From NCBI GenBank assembly GCA_964016885.1, contig CAXHJY010001535.1, forward strand, positions 1-44,654: a stretch of DNA of 44,654 bases. The letters are read 5' to 3'. Below, one piece after another: positions 44,048 to 44,654 of the stretch (within the stretch, counting starts at the first letter, position 1; each line of letters opens with the position of its first letter). This stretch comes from Eledone cirrhosa. Lineage: Eukaryota. The translations under genes and the position numbers were made by a program. The notes under the pieces are model-generated. The model saw only the letters and a program-made list of their open reading frames with translations. It was not told the DNA's origin and ran no database searches.

Positions 44048-44654
44048 CCTCTGTGCTCTAAACTTATATCCCAGTGAAATCAACGATCTGCTTCAGCCCT
44101 CTGAGATCAATAGAAAAATACCATATGTGCATTCTTGTCGATTAATCGACTATACATATTTTTTGGCTCCATGCCTATGAACGAAATCACCAACTATTGA
44201 ATTATGTCGGGAATTCGGTTATAGTTAATATACATTACATATTTAAACAACAATATTTCATAATGTATATCTTCAGGATTAGCAACCAAGCATTCATTAT
44301 TAAAATATATGGAATTTCTATTAGTATTTGTTGTTTTCCCCAACCACTAAAACTTAAATCCATTTAGAATATTTAATTCATATCTGAATATCTAGGTATG
44401 TAACTGAATTCATTTTGACAAGTATTCCTATATTGGTTGGCTAACGATGCATCTTTATATAAAATGACGAAGTATTTACTTTTCCTGTGTCGAAGTGTAT
44501 GTGTGTGTGTTTGTGAGTGGCGTGAGTGGTGTTTGTATTTGGATAATCTGGTTAATTAAACATTTAAAATAAACAATGAGAAGAATTTCAATCGTTTATT
44601 TCACTTGGTATATAATTAACAATACAATCAACAGCAAGTGCTTCTTGGTGTTGC

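Noticed and set aside
44235-44285. Minus CUGAAGA-UAUACAUUAU-GAAA
   Set aside because: All stems are very weak and AT-only; indistinguishable from chance.

Overview
AT-rich, microsatellite-saturated, non-genic eukaryotic DNA. The interspersed repeats resemble those I recall from octopus genomes (inference, not verified). No intact protein-coding gene is supported, and nearly all ORFs in the track are translations of (TA)n/(CA)n/(GA)n/(TATG)n tracts. The main hidden structure is a set of short elements embedded in (TA)n arrays that carry minimal type I hammerhead ribozymes (HHRs). I count about 10 near-intact and about 9 partial or degenerate HHR motifs from at least 7 sequence families. Seven of these elements are head-to-head fold-backs (palindromes) whose ribozymes all point outward. 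Most have a one-sided 3' tail, and several tails carry a shared RCTC..GAGY-RCTCT stem-loop. One family has a compensatory U3:A8 catalytic core. One element retains a decayed C-terminus of a Penelope-like element (PLE) protein. Together these suggest a (TA)n-targeting PLE/retrozyme-like non-autonomous retroelement system. The window also holds many tRNA-type SINE copies (two with perfect 15-20 bp target-site duplications, TSDs), DNA-transposon end fragments, minisatellites and kb-scale interrupted (TA)n arrays.
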